A stretch of 58,165 nucleotides of DNA from Salisapilia sapeloensis CBS 127946 (taxonomy: Eukaryota > Protista > Oomycota), in the NCBI GenBank assembly GCA_023334545.1, contig JAADVB010000108.1, positions 1 through 58,165 of the forward strand, written 5' to 3'. Made by a program: the position numbers and the translations under genes. The notes under the pieces are model-generated. The model was not told the DNA's origin, ran no database searches, and saw nothing but the letters and a program-made list of their open reading frames with translations. The number at the start of each line of letters is the position of its first letter. Within the stretch, counting starts at the first letter, position 1. This document shows positions 12,179 to 23,378 of the stretch, piece after piece.

Positions 12179-12664
12179 ATGTCGGCGGAGGAAGTAGCGA
12201 AAGCGTTTGTCCAGCACTACTACAGCACGTTCGACTCGAATCGAGCGGGGCTGCAGAACCTCTACGTAGATTCTCATATCCAAAGCCCATGTCTTTCTAT
12301 CCAATAACAACGAACATCGAATGTAGCAACCGGTCTCGACGTTGAGCTGGGAGGGCAATATGATCACGGGGCAGCAGCAGATTATGGAAAAGCTCAACAG
12401 CTTCCCAAAGGTCGCCCACGAGTACCCGATCGTCGATATCCAGCCATCCACTTCTCAGAATGCTATCATCATCTTCGTCCAGGGCAAGCTAAAAGTGCCC
12501 TCGATCTCCATCTATCTCCTTCGACCTCGTACTCACGCTTGTTATTCTTCTAGATTGAAGGTGAGAGCAACGCCATTCAGTTCACGCAAGTCTTCCAGCT
12601 CGTGGCCCATCAACCTGGCCAGTACTACATCCACAACGACGTCTTCCGACTCCAGTACGGCTAA
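12179..12664 (+). CDS. NTF2: Nuclear transport factor 2, 3 exons
   Basis: MSAEEVAKAFVQHYYSTFDSNRAGLQNLY|...LSWEGNMITGQQQIMEKL...|IEGESNAIQFTQVFQL...YYIHNDVFRLQYG*. Confidence 0.92.
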
Positions 12665-12959
12665 TTTGCACCATCATGTCTTCCATGAGGAGCGTAGGAC
12701 GAGCAAGATGCCAGTAGCAAACAAAATCAAAACGTTTTTTTGCTTTCACAACATCCAAATCGTATACATCTTCCACCTCCATATTCATCACCTCTACTCC
12801 TTCCACATAAACATAGTCGCGTATAAATAACACTATGGACCCATTCGATTGATACAATTCACATGCAGTTCCAAGATACATGACAGAAGGGATGATTGGT
12901 AAAATGAACGTATTCAGTGGCATTAATAGAAACTTTCATCTCGAATCTACCACTGAGAC

Positions 12960-14024
12960 TTAGTTGTTCGCGTACTTGTTACGCATGCCCAAGAGCGGGT
13001 TGTTATCGTCGTATCGAGGGAGAGCCTTCGGACGGTAATCCAGGATCTCATCGATACGAGACTTGATCTCTGGCGTGATCTTGTCGACAAACTCCAACGC
13101 CTTCAAGTTCTCTTCAATCTGCTGCACCGACTTGGCACCGAGGATCGTCGTGGACACACGCTCGTTCGTGACGCACCAGGCCAAAGCAAGCTGGGCCAAG
13201 GAGCATCCAACCTCCTTTGCAATCGGCTCGAGCTTTTGCGTCTTAGCAGCGTTCTCCTCCACGCCGGGCATGAAGGCTCCGAATGAACCGGTCTTACGGG
13301 ATCCTTCTGGAATTCCGTCTTTGTACTTGCCCGTGAGAACACCTCCCGCGAGCGGCGACCAGACCGTTAGGCCGTACTTGTACTTGGCGTACAGCGGAGC
13401 GTACTCGTACTCGACACGAGAGCGCTCGAGCATGTTGTACTGCGTCTGGTCAAAGCACGGACGGCATAGACCGAGACGGTCGGCGATCTCACACGCCTCG
13501 ATGATGTCCGTCGCATGCCACTCGCTCGTGCCCCAATAGAACGCATAGCCATGGTCAATCAAATAGTTCATACCTCGCACGATCTCCTCCATCGGTGTGT
13601 ATGGATCCGGACGGTGGCAGAAGACGAGGTCGACATAGTCCAATCCGAAACGCTTCAGGGATCCTTTCATGCCTTCGTAGACGTGCTTGCGGCTAAGTCC
13701 CTGACTGTTAGGTCCGGTCTTACCGGTACCGAACATGAGCTTAGTGCTGACGACCAGATCTTCGCGTTCCCAGAGTCCATCTTCGATTCCCTTCTGGATA
13801 ATCTGACCCATCAGGACCTCGGACTTGCCTTGACCGTAGATCTCAGCATTGTCAAAGAAGTTGACACCGTGTTCGTATGCTGTCTTGAGGATCTTGTATC
13901 CGGTATCAAAGTCCGGCATACCATCCACTGGCATCCAGCTTCCGAACGAGAAGCAAGAGACGAGGAGTCCAGTGTCTCCGAGGAATCGGTACTTCATGCC
14001 GTGGTTTCCAGTTGGGTTGGCCAT
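12960..14024 (-). CDS. Aldo-keto reductase, voltage-gated K+ channel beta-subunit (Kv-beta)-like, single exon
   Basis: MKYRFLGDTGLLVS, FFDNAEIYG, VSTK, DYVDLVFCHRPD, WGTSEW, WSPLAGGVLTGKY, LGAKSVQQIEEN. Start placed at ATG 14024, downstream of an INR/FPR-like motif. Confidence 0.92.
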   Translation of the reverse strand: MANPTGNHGMKYRFLGDTGLLVSCFSFGSWMPVDGMPDFDTGYKILKTAYEHGVNFFDNAEIYGQGKSEVLMGQIIQKGIEDGLWEREDLVVSTKLMFGTGKTGPNSQGLSRKHVYEGMKGSLKRFGLDYVDLVFCHRPDPYTPMEEIVRGMNYLIDHGYAFYWGTSEWHATDIIEACEIADRLGLCRPCFDQTQYNMLERSRVEYEYAPLYAKYKYGLTVWSPLAGGVLTGKYKDGIPEGSRKTGSFGAFMPGVEENAAKTQKLEPIAKEVGCSLAQLALAWCVTNERVSTTILGAKSVQQIEENLKALEFVDKITPEIKSRIDEILDYRPKALPRYDDNNPLLGMRNKYANN

Positions 14025-14059
14025 GTTGCTAGAGTTGTCGAGAAGTCTTTCGTAGCTCG

Positions 14060-14080
14060 ATGCAAATCGCGAAATGAGAC
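14060..14080 (-). promoter_or_regulatory. Oomycete INR+FPR-like core promoter element upstream of the AKR gene
   Basis: Minus strand reads GTCTCATTTCGCGATTTGCAT, resembling the oomycete TCATTYYNNAWTTY consensus, about 40-55 nt upstream of the ATG. Confidence 0.5.
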
Positions 14081-15571
14081 TTTCGAAGGATTTTTCGTAT
14101 CTTGGAGTGTGGGTCTTGATGATGTAAACAAAAAGAATGATGTGCTGTCCCATCTCATATGATGCATCTTTTTTTAACAAATTGCGCACTTAGTGCAGAG
14201 AGAGCAGCCAAATTCAAGTTCATGCATTTCGAAAGTGGAATGTGAAGCAAACCTTTTTATATGGCAAGGTCAAAGATTGCATTGTGCATGTGATAGTCTA
14301 CCAAGTCGATGAAGCACATTAAAATGTTGGAAGTATGGAAAATTACGGGCAAAATTATGCCGACATCGGTGAGTTTCTAGCTTACCATCCATAGGTGCTT
14401 TTCCGCTACAATGACAGCAATACACTCTTGATCAGTTGCTATGAATAAGTCATACCAAAAATGTCTGAAGTACACCAAGACGAAGAAAAATGTAGGTCCT
14501 ACTCATGCGAATGATCATGTCTTGACATTTGGATCAGACTACTTTCCTATTCACCAACGCTTGAACTATAGATATGCTTACAAAAGATAAAAGTGGCTAC
14601 GATGGATGTAGTTCTCACTCTAACCTATATGCATGCTGCATTCGCTTTCTCAAATGCGGCCAATAGACTTGTATTCTACGTAAGACTCTTTTCTCACACG
14701 CTCGTTATTTAAAGTACTCTTGCCGCCATCAGGAGCACTCGCAAGCGAGTAGAATGTGTCTTACTCAAATACCTGCAGCGGGAATATCTATCGTTTAAGG
14801 GTCAGCATCAACTTGCATGAACCTACATAAGTTGAAAATGAAGGATCCAACGACGCAGTGTCAATGATAATGTATAGTTCTACCCTTTAACAGTAGTAAG
14901 AACTCGGGGGTCTTTAATAATGTAGTTTGAGCTGCTTACAAGATGACAGAGTCTGATCGCAAGCCCACCAGTTTCTTGTGAGCATTGATAAGCAAATAAT
15001 GGTAAAGATGGCTGTTTCTACATTTCTATCTTCTTAACAACAAAGTTAGAGCATGCATACTCTCCATTTGAATACTTATGGCAAGTTTAGCAAATTCGGT
15101 CAATAATGCTTGCTCTGTGCAAAATGAAATATGTCTCGCGTTACATGAGCTACCAATCGATTTACTTTCCTGAACGGATACTCGAAAAAAGCGTAGAACT
15201 GGTAACGAGTACAAAGATAGTATCTTAGAACCCACGTGCTGTATCTACTGTACTCGAAAAGCTGAAGCAGCTAGCATTCCCTCAATCTTCCTGGATTAAA
15301 TGAATTCGAGTATCGGTTTCTCTGTTTGCACATGGACTACCAGCCTCCTATCAGGGTATCCAATGCGTCTTCTAATCACTACTGCATGTAAACGGTCTGG
15401 AATGTACAATACCTTTGCATGGGCATTGGCACGGCTGCAGTTACCGTATTCATACATATTTATTGCAAATTGCGAAATATAAACGATGTATTCAGTCATT
15501 AAAGCTCACAGCAGTTGGCGCAGTGAGTTTTATCCGCATCGGGCGCCAATAGCAAAACTTGTGCTATTTAT

Positions 15572-16749
15572 ATGCGATCAAAAGTTACACCAAAGCGCAT
15601 CATGTCCGGTGAACCGTTTGTTGTGAGAAAGCTCTTATGGGAGCAGGTGACGAAAGAAACTGCGGAATCGGAGCTGCGTGAGCTCGAAAGTGTTGTCGGG
15701 TCCTACTTAATTGAAGAAAACGATGTATTGTCAAATTGCTCTACTACTTCTTACGCCCGTGCCAGTAACTAATACCAAGTGCAGGCATTACGGCAAGAGC
15801 TTTTCGTACTAGCGGAAATACTAGCTGACTTTCAGCAGCAGAATGACCACATAAGGGTATGAATAACCCAAATATCCAACCTAATAGATTGTAACTATAT
15901 CTTCTCATGTAGGAAGCACTGGCAAGTAGAGAGCGAGTGCCCGAACCACCAGGACGAGACATGCTTGTGAAGAGAATTAAACTGTTAGCAGCAGAGCTTC
16001 ACTCCAAAGCCGTTTCGTCAAAGGAACTTGAGGAAGACAAGAAGATGCTTGAGTATGTGCTGACAAACACATCCAAATCCAGACAAATACATGGTGCGAT
16101 ATCGCGACGTGATAGCCTCGAGTCTACCCAATCTCTCCACGATGATCCCGATGTAGTCCTATTACGACCTGGAACTGCTAGTTCGGCACGACCAATGACT
16201 CCACGGTCACAACGACCAGAATCACGCTGTTCTACATCATCCGCTCTATCTGCTTCGTTTGAGTCGCTTCAGGTTCGTAGCAACTTACCTCTCGTATGCT
16301 ATCTTTCTCTACTAAGCAGATCTGTAGCAGCTACAGAAGACTTGCGTTCAAGACATAGACGCGATCCGAGGTGATCTATACGAGGCTTTGAGAGAGGAAA
16401 AACAACTTCTGCTCGACGATATCGACTTCTTACAAGTATGCACTCTATTTGCACAGTATATGAGCGATGATGCAACATATTGTAGAGCTGTCTAGACATG
16501 GAGCAAGATTTGATCGACAGCGATAGAAGAGAAGCATGTACAAATGCGCCTCCATCTATTCAGCAACTCCAACAGTTTCAGAAAAAGTTAGAGTCTACTT
16601 TAGAAACTCAATATGATCGAGAGCGGCTAGAGAAACCTCTTTGCTCTGGAAAAAATACGTTCCGACTAACATCATCTAAAAGTGTCAAAGTGCTACAAAT
16701 TCGTCACAAGGTGCAAGAATCAAGAGATGAACCATTTTTCACTTTGTAA
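15572..16749 (+). CDS. CCDC24-like coiled-coil protein, spliced
   Basis: Spliced read KLLWEQV...SELRELESVVGSYLIEEND|ALRQELFVLAEILADF...|EALASRERVPEPPGRDMLVKRIKLL resembles the CCDC24 domain. The 3' exons are less certain. Confidence 0.6.
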
Positions 16750-16824
16750 TGATAAAACTTGTACAAGAATATTGTAAGTATCTCGACATTCTATTCAATG
16801 CGTTTCAATGGTGGTATCACATCT

Positions 16825-19167
16825 TCAGGTATTGCAACGGGCAAGCTCCGTGAACTTGTCGGCCATTACTTCGCCTTCCTGGACAGAAGCCTTCTTCGTA
16901 GGCTTCATTGCCTTTACTATCGACGCGTTCCATTGACTCAGCACACTCTCAGGATGCAGCTTTCCTTCATTCAACACTTTCTGCATCGCTAGCGGGATAT
17001 CTTGCTTACTCGATGGGAGCTCCAGCGTCAGTTTCCACACGATTGCTGCATAAAGCTACAAGCGAAAGCCATTTAGTCTCATTTACTCGACATTCCATAC
17101 TATATATGCGTACCATGTTGATGCCTTTAAAAACATCTTGGTGACGGTTGCACTCCTTATACAACGTTCCCGAACGCAGCGTAATCACACACTGAAGTGT
17201 GACGTTGATGAGCGTGCATGCGAGAGGAAAGTGTCTCGTCGAGTCGTTCGCCAATGTGTTCATTGTCTCGGCTAATGTCGGCTGCTCTTCTACTAGAAAC
17301 AGCATCTGCAGTAGCGACAGCATACCACATCCTCGCAAGTCCGTTGATGGATCTGTTCCCTGGAATCCAATTTGTTCCCAGTGACTTCCAGTAATCGGGA
17401 CCTTCGTGGTCGTCTTGGTCAACTTGCAATAGATCGTTTGCAGTGTTAGAGCAAACATCTCATTTGACGGATCAAAAGGAGTAGCGGCAATGCACAATAT
17501 TCGGTTTCGTTGCTCAAGCGCTCCAAAGAACTTCAATTTAGGACGCAGACAACTGCATAATGGATTGGCATTAGATCCTTGAATTGAACTTCTCCTTCGA
17601 GACTTCATAAAGACGTCAGCTTCATGATAATAGGATACTAGTTCATTATACTTGATATTGATCTTTGTCTCTGCATCGGACTGCGCTTCAGTCTTCGTCT
17701 CCACAGTATTATGAGGTATCGCACCTTTAGCTTCCACTTCGTTCCAATCATTTACAGCCTCCATGGCTTTTGGAGAAACGGCATCTTTTAATGAAACTTC
17801 CTCCTCCTCCTCTTCTTCCTCTTCAGGGATAGCTCCTTTGCTAAACAGTTTCTTTATTGTTGAGGACTGTTCAGCGTTTATCGACGCAACTGTCGGACTG
17901 CTCTGATCGTCCATCATGCGAACGCTCTGATCACCCAGGCCTCGCTTGTACATACTATGGAGCTCTCCTACCGTCATGTGGTCAAGCCAAGGACTCGATT
18001 CACCTGCACCACTCTCTGGATCGTCTGTTTTAGATTCAGATCTCTTAATAATGGACTTCTCTTTCTCTGTTGCTTGCTTTAGCTCTTCCACTATCTTTTC
18101 TTCATCTGCATTAACAGGCGCAACAGGTGCTGGCATGCTCGTTGGCAATACTTTCGCTACTTCACGATAAATTTCAAACTCATTGTCGTTTGATGCATTA
18201 TCACCACCAGTGTCACCTTTGGATGACATGCTGTAATTAGCTACAGCCGTCACATCGGGATCCGTTGTCATGGCCGTCGGATCAGGTTTCATTTTCTCCG
18301 TCTTCATATTCTGGTAAGCAATCCCAAACATGTCCGAGTCTCCTCCCCTCGACTCTTTTTCAACTTTTAACGCAGGATCTAGCACTGGCATTGGGTCCGA
18401 GTCGAACACAGCTTGAGCTACTCGTATTTCGTCCGTCAAGTCTGCCTTTATAGAAGGCATCATGGGCTCCATTAACTCCTTCTCTTTCGTCACATCCGCT
18501 TTCTTATCTTTTGGTTTCTCAGCTTGGATTTCAGCAACAACAGCCTTATCAATCTCCAACTCGGTATCTTCATCTTCGTCATCACCTTCGACGATGCACA
18601 ATTCGCCATCACGAAAAGAATAGTCTTCCTCCTCTACATCCTCTTCTTCTTCATCTTCTTTAATGTCACCTTCCTCTACTTCGTAAATGGACTCTTCACT
18701 TTCATCACTATCCTCCGAGTCAGACACGGACGCTGCTTGCACGGTAGCATTTCCTCGAAAGCTCCATTCTTCGTCTGAGGTAGTGATAACTGGTGCTGGT
18801 GGCAATGAAGCTGGGTCCAACCCACAAGGACGTATGTTTACCGTATTCGGCTTATATTCCTCTATTAATTCATCCGCAGGTGGCAATGAAGCTGGGTCCA
18901 ACCCGAGTACAGATGAACACATATTATCCGACGTACCATCATCTACCCATTCTATCAGTATTATACACTTATAGTTTAATACATACTATGCACATACCGA
19001 CTGCTATGCTACCAAGACTTTCAAATGCGTCTACATTAGTAAAATATATGAGGTTTCCATAACGTCTTATCACAAATAAAAATCACAGCAATGCAATTAC
19101 CCGTACTCGAAATTCTACGCTGAGAGTCCGAGTGAAGTCTGTCCTCCGTACTGTTTGTCTCTGACAT
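16825..19167 (-). CDS. ELMO/CED-12 domain protein (ELMOD, ARF/ARL GAP-like) with long acidic N-terminal region, 4 exons
   Basis: C-terminal HWEQIGFQGTDPSTDLRGCGMLSLLQML...FPLACTLINVT. Two small upstream exons (MSETNST...; DAFESLGSIAV) and a last exon LYAAIVWKL...CNT*, all with GT-AG boundaries. Confidence 0.85.
18798..18904 (+). repeat. Exact 26-bp direct repeat at 81-bp spacing inside the ELMOD gene (encodes GLDPASLPP twice)
   Basis: GGTGGCAATGAAGCTGGGTCCAACCC at 18798-18823 and 18879-18904. Confidence 0.9.
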
Positions 19168-19346
19168 GATCTTTTACGTAGAACGAATTCCCGAAACTTG
19201 TGCGCTGCCAGAAATGAAAATGACTGCAAATTCCCGATGCATCGTTTCAAGATCGAAACGAACCTTTCTAATAATAGGTTGAAAATATACATGTTCTACT
19301 TTGATTGGTGGAAAAGATATGGACACGAAATTGACAACGAAGCAAG

Positions 19347-20034
19347 ATGCCGGCCAATGCATGGCTAAATGACGCTTGGGTCGTCTTCAGTAGCTTCCTT
19401 CGCTTCGGTGGATTCTCCTATTGCCTAGTGGAAGGCATCGATGCGATCAAATGCGTCGGACCGTCGATGCTACCTACACTGAACCGTGATGGCGACGTCA
19501 TACTGCTGGATAAGATCACTCCACGATTTCGACCGTTGGAACGAGGAGAAGTAGTCATTGCCAAATCCATGTCCAACCCTCGAAACACTGTTTGCAAGCG
19601 AATCATTGCAAAGGTTCAACAGCCTCAGTAGTACGAACCCAAAATCCCTTACTTATACTTATTATTGCCAACAGGAAGGCGAAACGGTAGCCGTACGACC
19701 ACTCTACTCTAGCTCAGATACCGAGTTTCATACGGTGTGTCTTGGTTCGAATGTGGCAAATTTCCAAAACAGAAGCCTGATTACAGTTTGATATAGATCC
19801 CCAAGGGACACGTCTGGTTGGAAGGTGACAATAAGTACGACTCCCATGACTCAAGATACTACGGGCCAGTTCCTTACGCGCTCATTCAAGGCCGCGTTCT
19901 CATGCGTGTACGTTGTGTTATCTTCTCACAAATTGACACCAAATCACTTAGCCACAATTTTTCACTAGGTTTGGCCATTTACACAAATCAAAAAGATCGA
20001 AGGCACACCTACGAAGGCATTTAAACAGCGATAA
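19347..20034 (+). CDS. IMP1: Mitochondrial inner membrane peptidase subunit, IMP1-like (peptidase S26), 4 exons
   Basis: [11 protein letters not shown] (catalytic Ser), VCKRIIAK (catalytic Lys), [12 protein letters not shown]...[20 protein letters not shown]|VWP. Confidence 0.9.
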
Positions 20035-20197
20035 ATACATGTTATCTCTCATGCATACCCACATCGATTTTCTTTTCGTCGCGGCCCATACTCCGATTGG
20101 TACTATAGTAATACAAGACTACCAAAAGGTATATGTTGTAAAGGTCATACAAAACCCAAGTTTAACAACACAAATTCCTCGCACACTTCTCGTCGCG

Positions 20198-20760
20198 ATG
20201 AATTACCTGGTCAATGGGCTTTTCATCGGTTGCTCTGCATATGTAGTGAAGCAAAATGTACTTGACATTATGTATGGTATGGGTGGATCGATGTTACCGA
20301 CCGTCCCAAATGGTTCAGTCATCGTGATCGACAAGCTATCGAAGCGATGGAGACACTACGAACGCAATGACATTGTGCTACTCAAATCTCCTACTAGAAG
20401 CAACGGTCAAACCGTTATGAAACGCATCTTGGCATTCGTACACTGCTTTTGCCCCTTTACTTCAACTTGTATCTTATGTATGGTGTAATAGGAGGGCGAC
20501 ACGGTCCATTTACAGCCAACGTCCGAAGATGACGAATCGAGGTCGATTGTCGTTCCAAAGGGTCACGTCTGGGTTGAAGGAGACAACCCGAAGGTTTCCG
20601 TCGACTCGAGGCAAATTGGCGCCATCCCGGCTGCTCTCGTCCTCGGTCGAGCCTATTTGATCGTAAGTTTCCAGCAATTCCTCCGTTTTACGATCAAGCG
20701 GACTAGTAACGATATTATATACAGGCATGGCCATGGGCAGAAGCGAAATTCCTTCGATGA
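20198..20760 (+). CDS. Second mitochondrial inner membrane peptidase subunit (IMP1/IMP2 family), 3 exons
   Basis: GGSMLPT (Ser), VMKRILAF|EGD (Lys), VPKGHVWVEGDNPKVSVDSRQIGAIP...GRAYLI|AWPW. Confidence 0.85.
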
Positions 20761-20835
20761 TATAAAAGGCCACAATAGAAAGTGTCTTAATGCAAATGTC
20801 TATCCAAAGCAACATTTATTTCCTTACTAGTCATC

Positions 20836-21165
20836 TCACTTGCGCTTCGATCCACATTGGGAACAGAATTTAGCACTAGGTGGTTGATACAGTGCTCCAC
20901 ATTCGTGGCAGACCACTTGTTCTTCGCTCTGTTTACTACTCTCACGCTGCTTTTGAGCATATACAGAGTGATAGTACTCCATTTGGGTCAGTTCTTCCTG
21001 TCCGTCGGCCAACATCCTCTTCACCCGATCTGTATCCTTAATACCCATCGCATCACGAAACTTCATCTGGACATAACGTCGCATAATCTCTCGCTGCTCA
21101 TATTCAGGACATCGCTTTGCCGATCGCAAACAGGCTCGATACAGCGCTCGCACCTGGCGCTCCAT
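20836..21165 (-). CDS. LYR-motif (Complex1_LYR) protein with C-terminal CxxC-CxxC zinc ribbon
   Basis: VRALYRACLR...VQMKFRD...GQEEL (LYR fold), followed by CHECGALYQPPSAKFCSQCGSKR. Confidence 0.8.
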   Translation of the reverse strand: MERQVRALYRACLRSAKRCPEYEQREIMRRYVQMKFRDAMGIKDTDRVKRMLADGQEELTQMEYYHSVYAQKQRESSKQSEEQVVCHECGALYQPPSAKFCSQCGSKRK

Positions 21166-21343
21166 CCGTGTCTTGGAATATCTTCGATTCTATCCGTTCT
21201 GGTTTTATTGCTCCAAATATATCCAACTTAAATCTTCAAGCAGCGACATCATGACTACGAACACTATACAAAACAACACATAAAATGGCTAGTTTCGATA
21301 TTCACTTTCGACCCCACCACCAAAACCAAATTGAGCGGTCAGA

Positions 21344-21791
21344 ATGAGCTCCCGAGCCTTGACGCATGCGCTTCGTGGTGCACCAAGACGTGCAGCCATG
21401 GCGACTCGTGGTGGTCACCACCAGTTGCCCCCACCGCCGTTCGCACGTCTACCGGCTCCGAAGCAGCCTCTGCATGAGGAAGCTGAGCTCGTCTGGAGCG
21501 ACGGCGTTGCTCCCGAAACTTTGATCGACTTTGACGCACCACACATTCCGAAATACCAGGCCCTCAAGCACTTCTTCGTGGCCATGGGCGGACTCATGAC
21601 ACTCATGGGCGTCGTCACGCTGTACAACCCGGACTCGGTCCGGCAAGCGGTATGTCTTAACTGTTAGCTAGCTAGCTGTTATATAATCGATATTGATGCC
21701 CTGTGTACAGGATAACCGCGCGAACACGCTGCCAGACCTCAGTTGGGAGCTCGGTGAAGCGGATGAACCGGCAGGTGAAATGGACGAGTAA
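21344..21791 (+). CDS. NDUFB8: NADH:ubiquinone oxidoreductase accessory subunit NDUFB8 (ASHI)-like, 2 exons
   Basis: Arg-rich presequence, then LHEEAELVWSDGVAPETLIDFDAP...KYQAL, one TM helix and last exon ...LPDLSWELG. Resembles plant-type NDUFB8. Confidence 0.7.
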
Positions 21792-21829
21792 AGGGAACTA
21801 GGAGAAGCGAAACAAGTTGGACACTTTTC

Positions 21830-22598
21830 TTAGTTGTTATCTCCGTCTCGAGATGGACTCGATCGATTGTGCATGATGTCGTCAATTAAGCCAAACTCGA
21901 TCGCAGCATCCGTGTCCATGAATAGATCTCGCTCCATTGCTTTTTCAATCTGCTCAATCGTTTGACCCGTGTGGTGCGCATACAACGAGTTCAATCTAAT
22001 CGCGTACAGGTGTGAAGGTTATGCACATGCGTTAGAGGTAGAAGGATGCTGATGTACCTAGAGCGTAGTTTGATGATCTCTTCGGCGTGGATCGCAATGT
22101 CACTTGCTACGCCCTGCGCTCCTCCGGACGGTTGATGGATCATCATCTAAGAAAATAAATCTTTCTTAGATGCATTATTTCCTACAGACACCAGCCTACA
22201 CGTACCCTGGCGTTCGGGAGGGCAAAGCGGCATCCGGGTGCACCTCCTGCAAGTAGAAGCGTGCCCATGGACATGGCTTGACCCATGCACAAGGTGTTCA
22301 CACGTGGATTGATGTATTGCATCGTGTCATATATAGCTAATCCGGAGGACACGACGCCTCCAGGGCTGTTCACATACATGAAGATGTCTTTCTCCGGATG
22401 TTCCGACTCGAGGAAGAGCAATTGTGCCGTCACGAGCGATGACATGTTGTCATCGACTGCGCCATGGACGAATACGATGCGCTCTTTGAGCAGTCGAGAG
22501 TAGATGTCAAAGACACGTTCGCCTCGAGGACTCTGTTCGAGCACCATGGGCACGAGTGAGCCGACAAAGTCTCGGAAACGCTTCCCGACGACTGTCAT
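21830..22598 (-). CDS. CLPP: ATP-dependent Clp protease proteolytic subunit (mitochondrial ClpP), 3 exons
   Basis: [40 protein letters not shown] (Ser), MIHQPSGG (His), MERDLFM (Asp). Confidence 0.95.
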
Positions 22599-23378
22599 TG
22601 GGGCTTCTTTCGGATATGAAAAGCGGTATTTTTGTTGGTTGGAAATAGTATTTGATAGCTTTACTTATTAGAATCAAATTAATTATATATATATGAATAA
22701 TTACTTGGTCGAATGCAGTTTGATCGGGTACTTGGCTGTTTCGTACTCCCATTGTATAGTACAAGTAGCTTGCTACTACTTGAATAGTAGATAGGTTCTA
22801 TAGATCACTTAATTGTGTGTAGAAAGTAAAATTTGGAAGATAGTGGACTTGGAAAAGAAACGATGAAAAGTTTAGCTTTGCATTATTAAATATGTGGAAA
22901 GCTACATACGCCCGCGTACTGCATAGATCATAAACATGGCGAGACCATTGTTCATCCGTTAGTGAGAAGCGAAATTACATTGCACGCTACAAATGAAAGC
23001 GTAAGAGGAAAGAGACGACGATGCAGAGATTTTGGGGCTCTAATGCTGCGTACATTTGCTTGTTTGTTGTTTCACTTCAGCCGTTGAACTGACGCAAAGA
23101 GCGGCTGATTCTCCTTCCAAGAAGACTTTCATGTATGCATAGAGCCGATGAAGGCGGCAAAGGCTACTTGCAAGCAGTCAGCATAGACAAAATCTAGTAT
23201 ACAGACCGTCGTAGCGACATAGTCTGGCGGCGTTTGATTACACCGCATTCGATCCTTTTCCAACCAGCTCGGAGCCGTACATGGACGACATCACATAGCA
23301 AAAGCAAAACCAAAAACAATTAACACGCGAAATAAAAGAGAAACGATATCTATAAAAGAGTCTAAATGCATTAAGATA

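Noticed and set aside
14200-15500. 1.3-kb gap with short ORFs; checked by eye for tRNA, snRNA and snoRNA
   Set aside because: No cloverleaf, T-loop or snRNA signature seen; the ORFs lack motifs.
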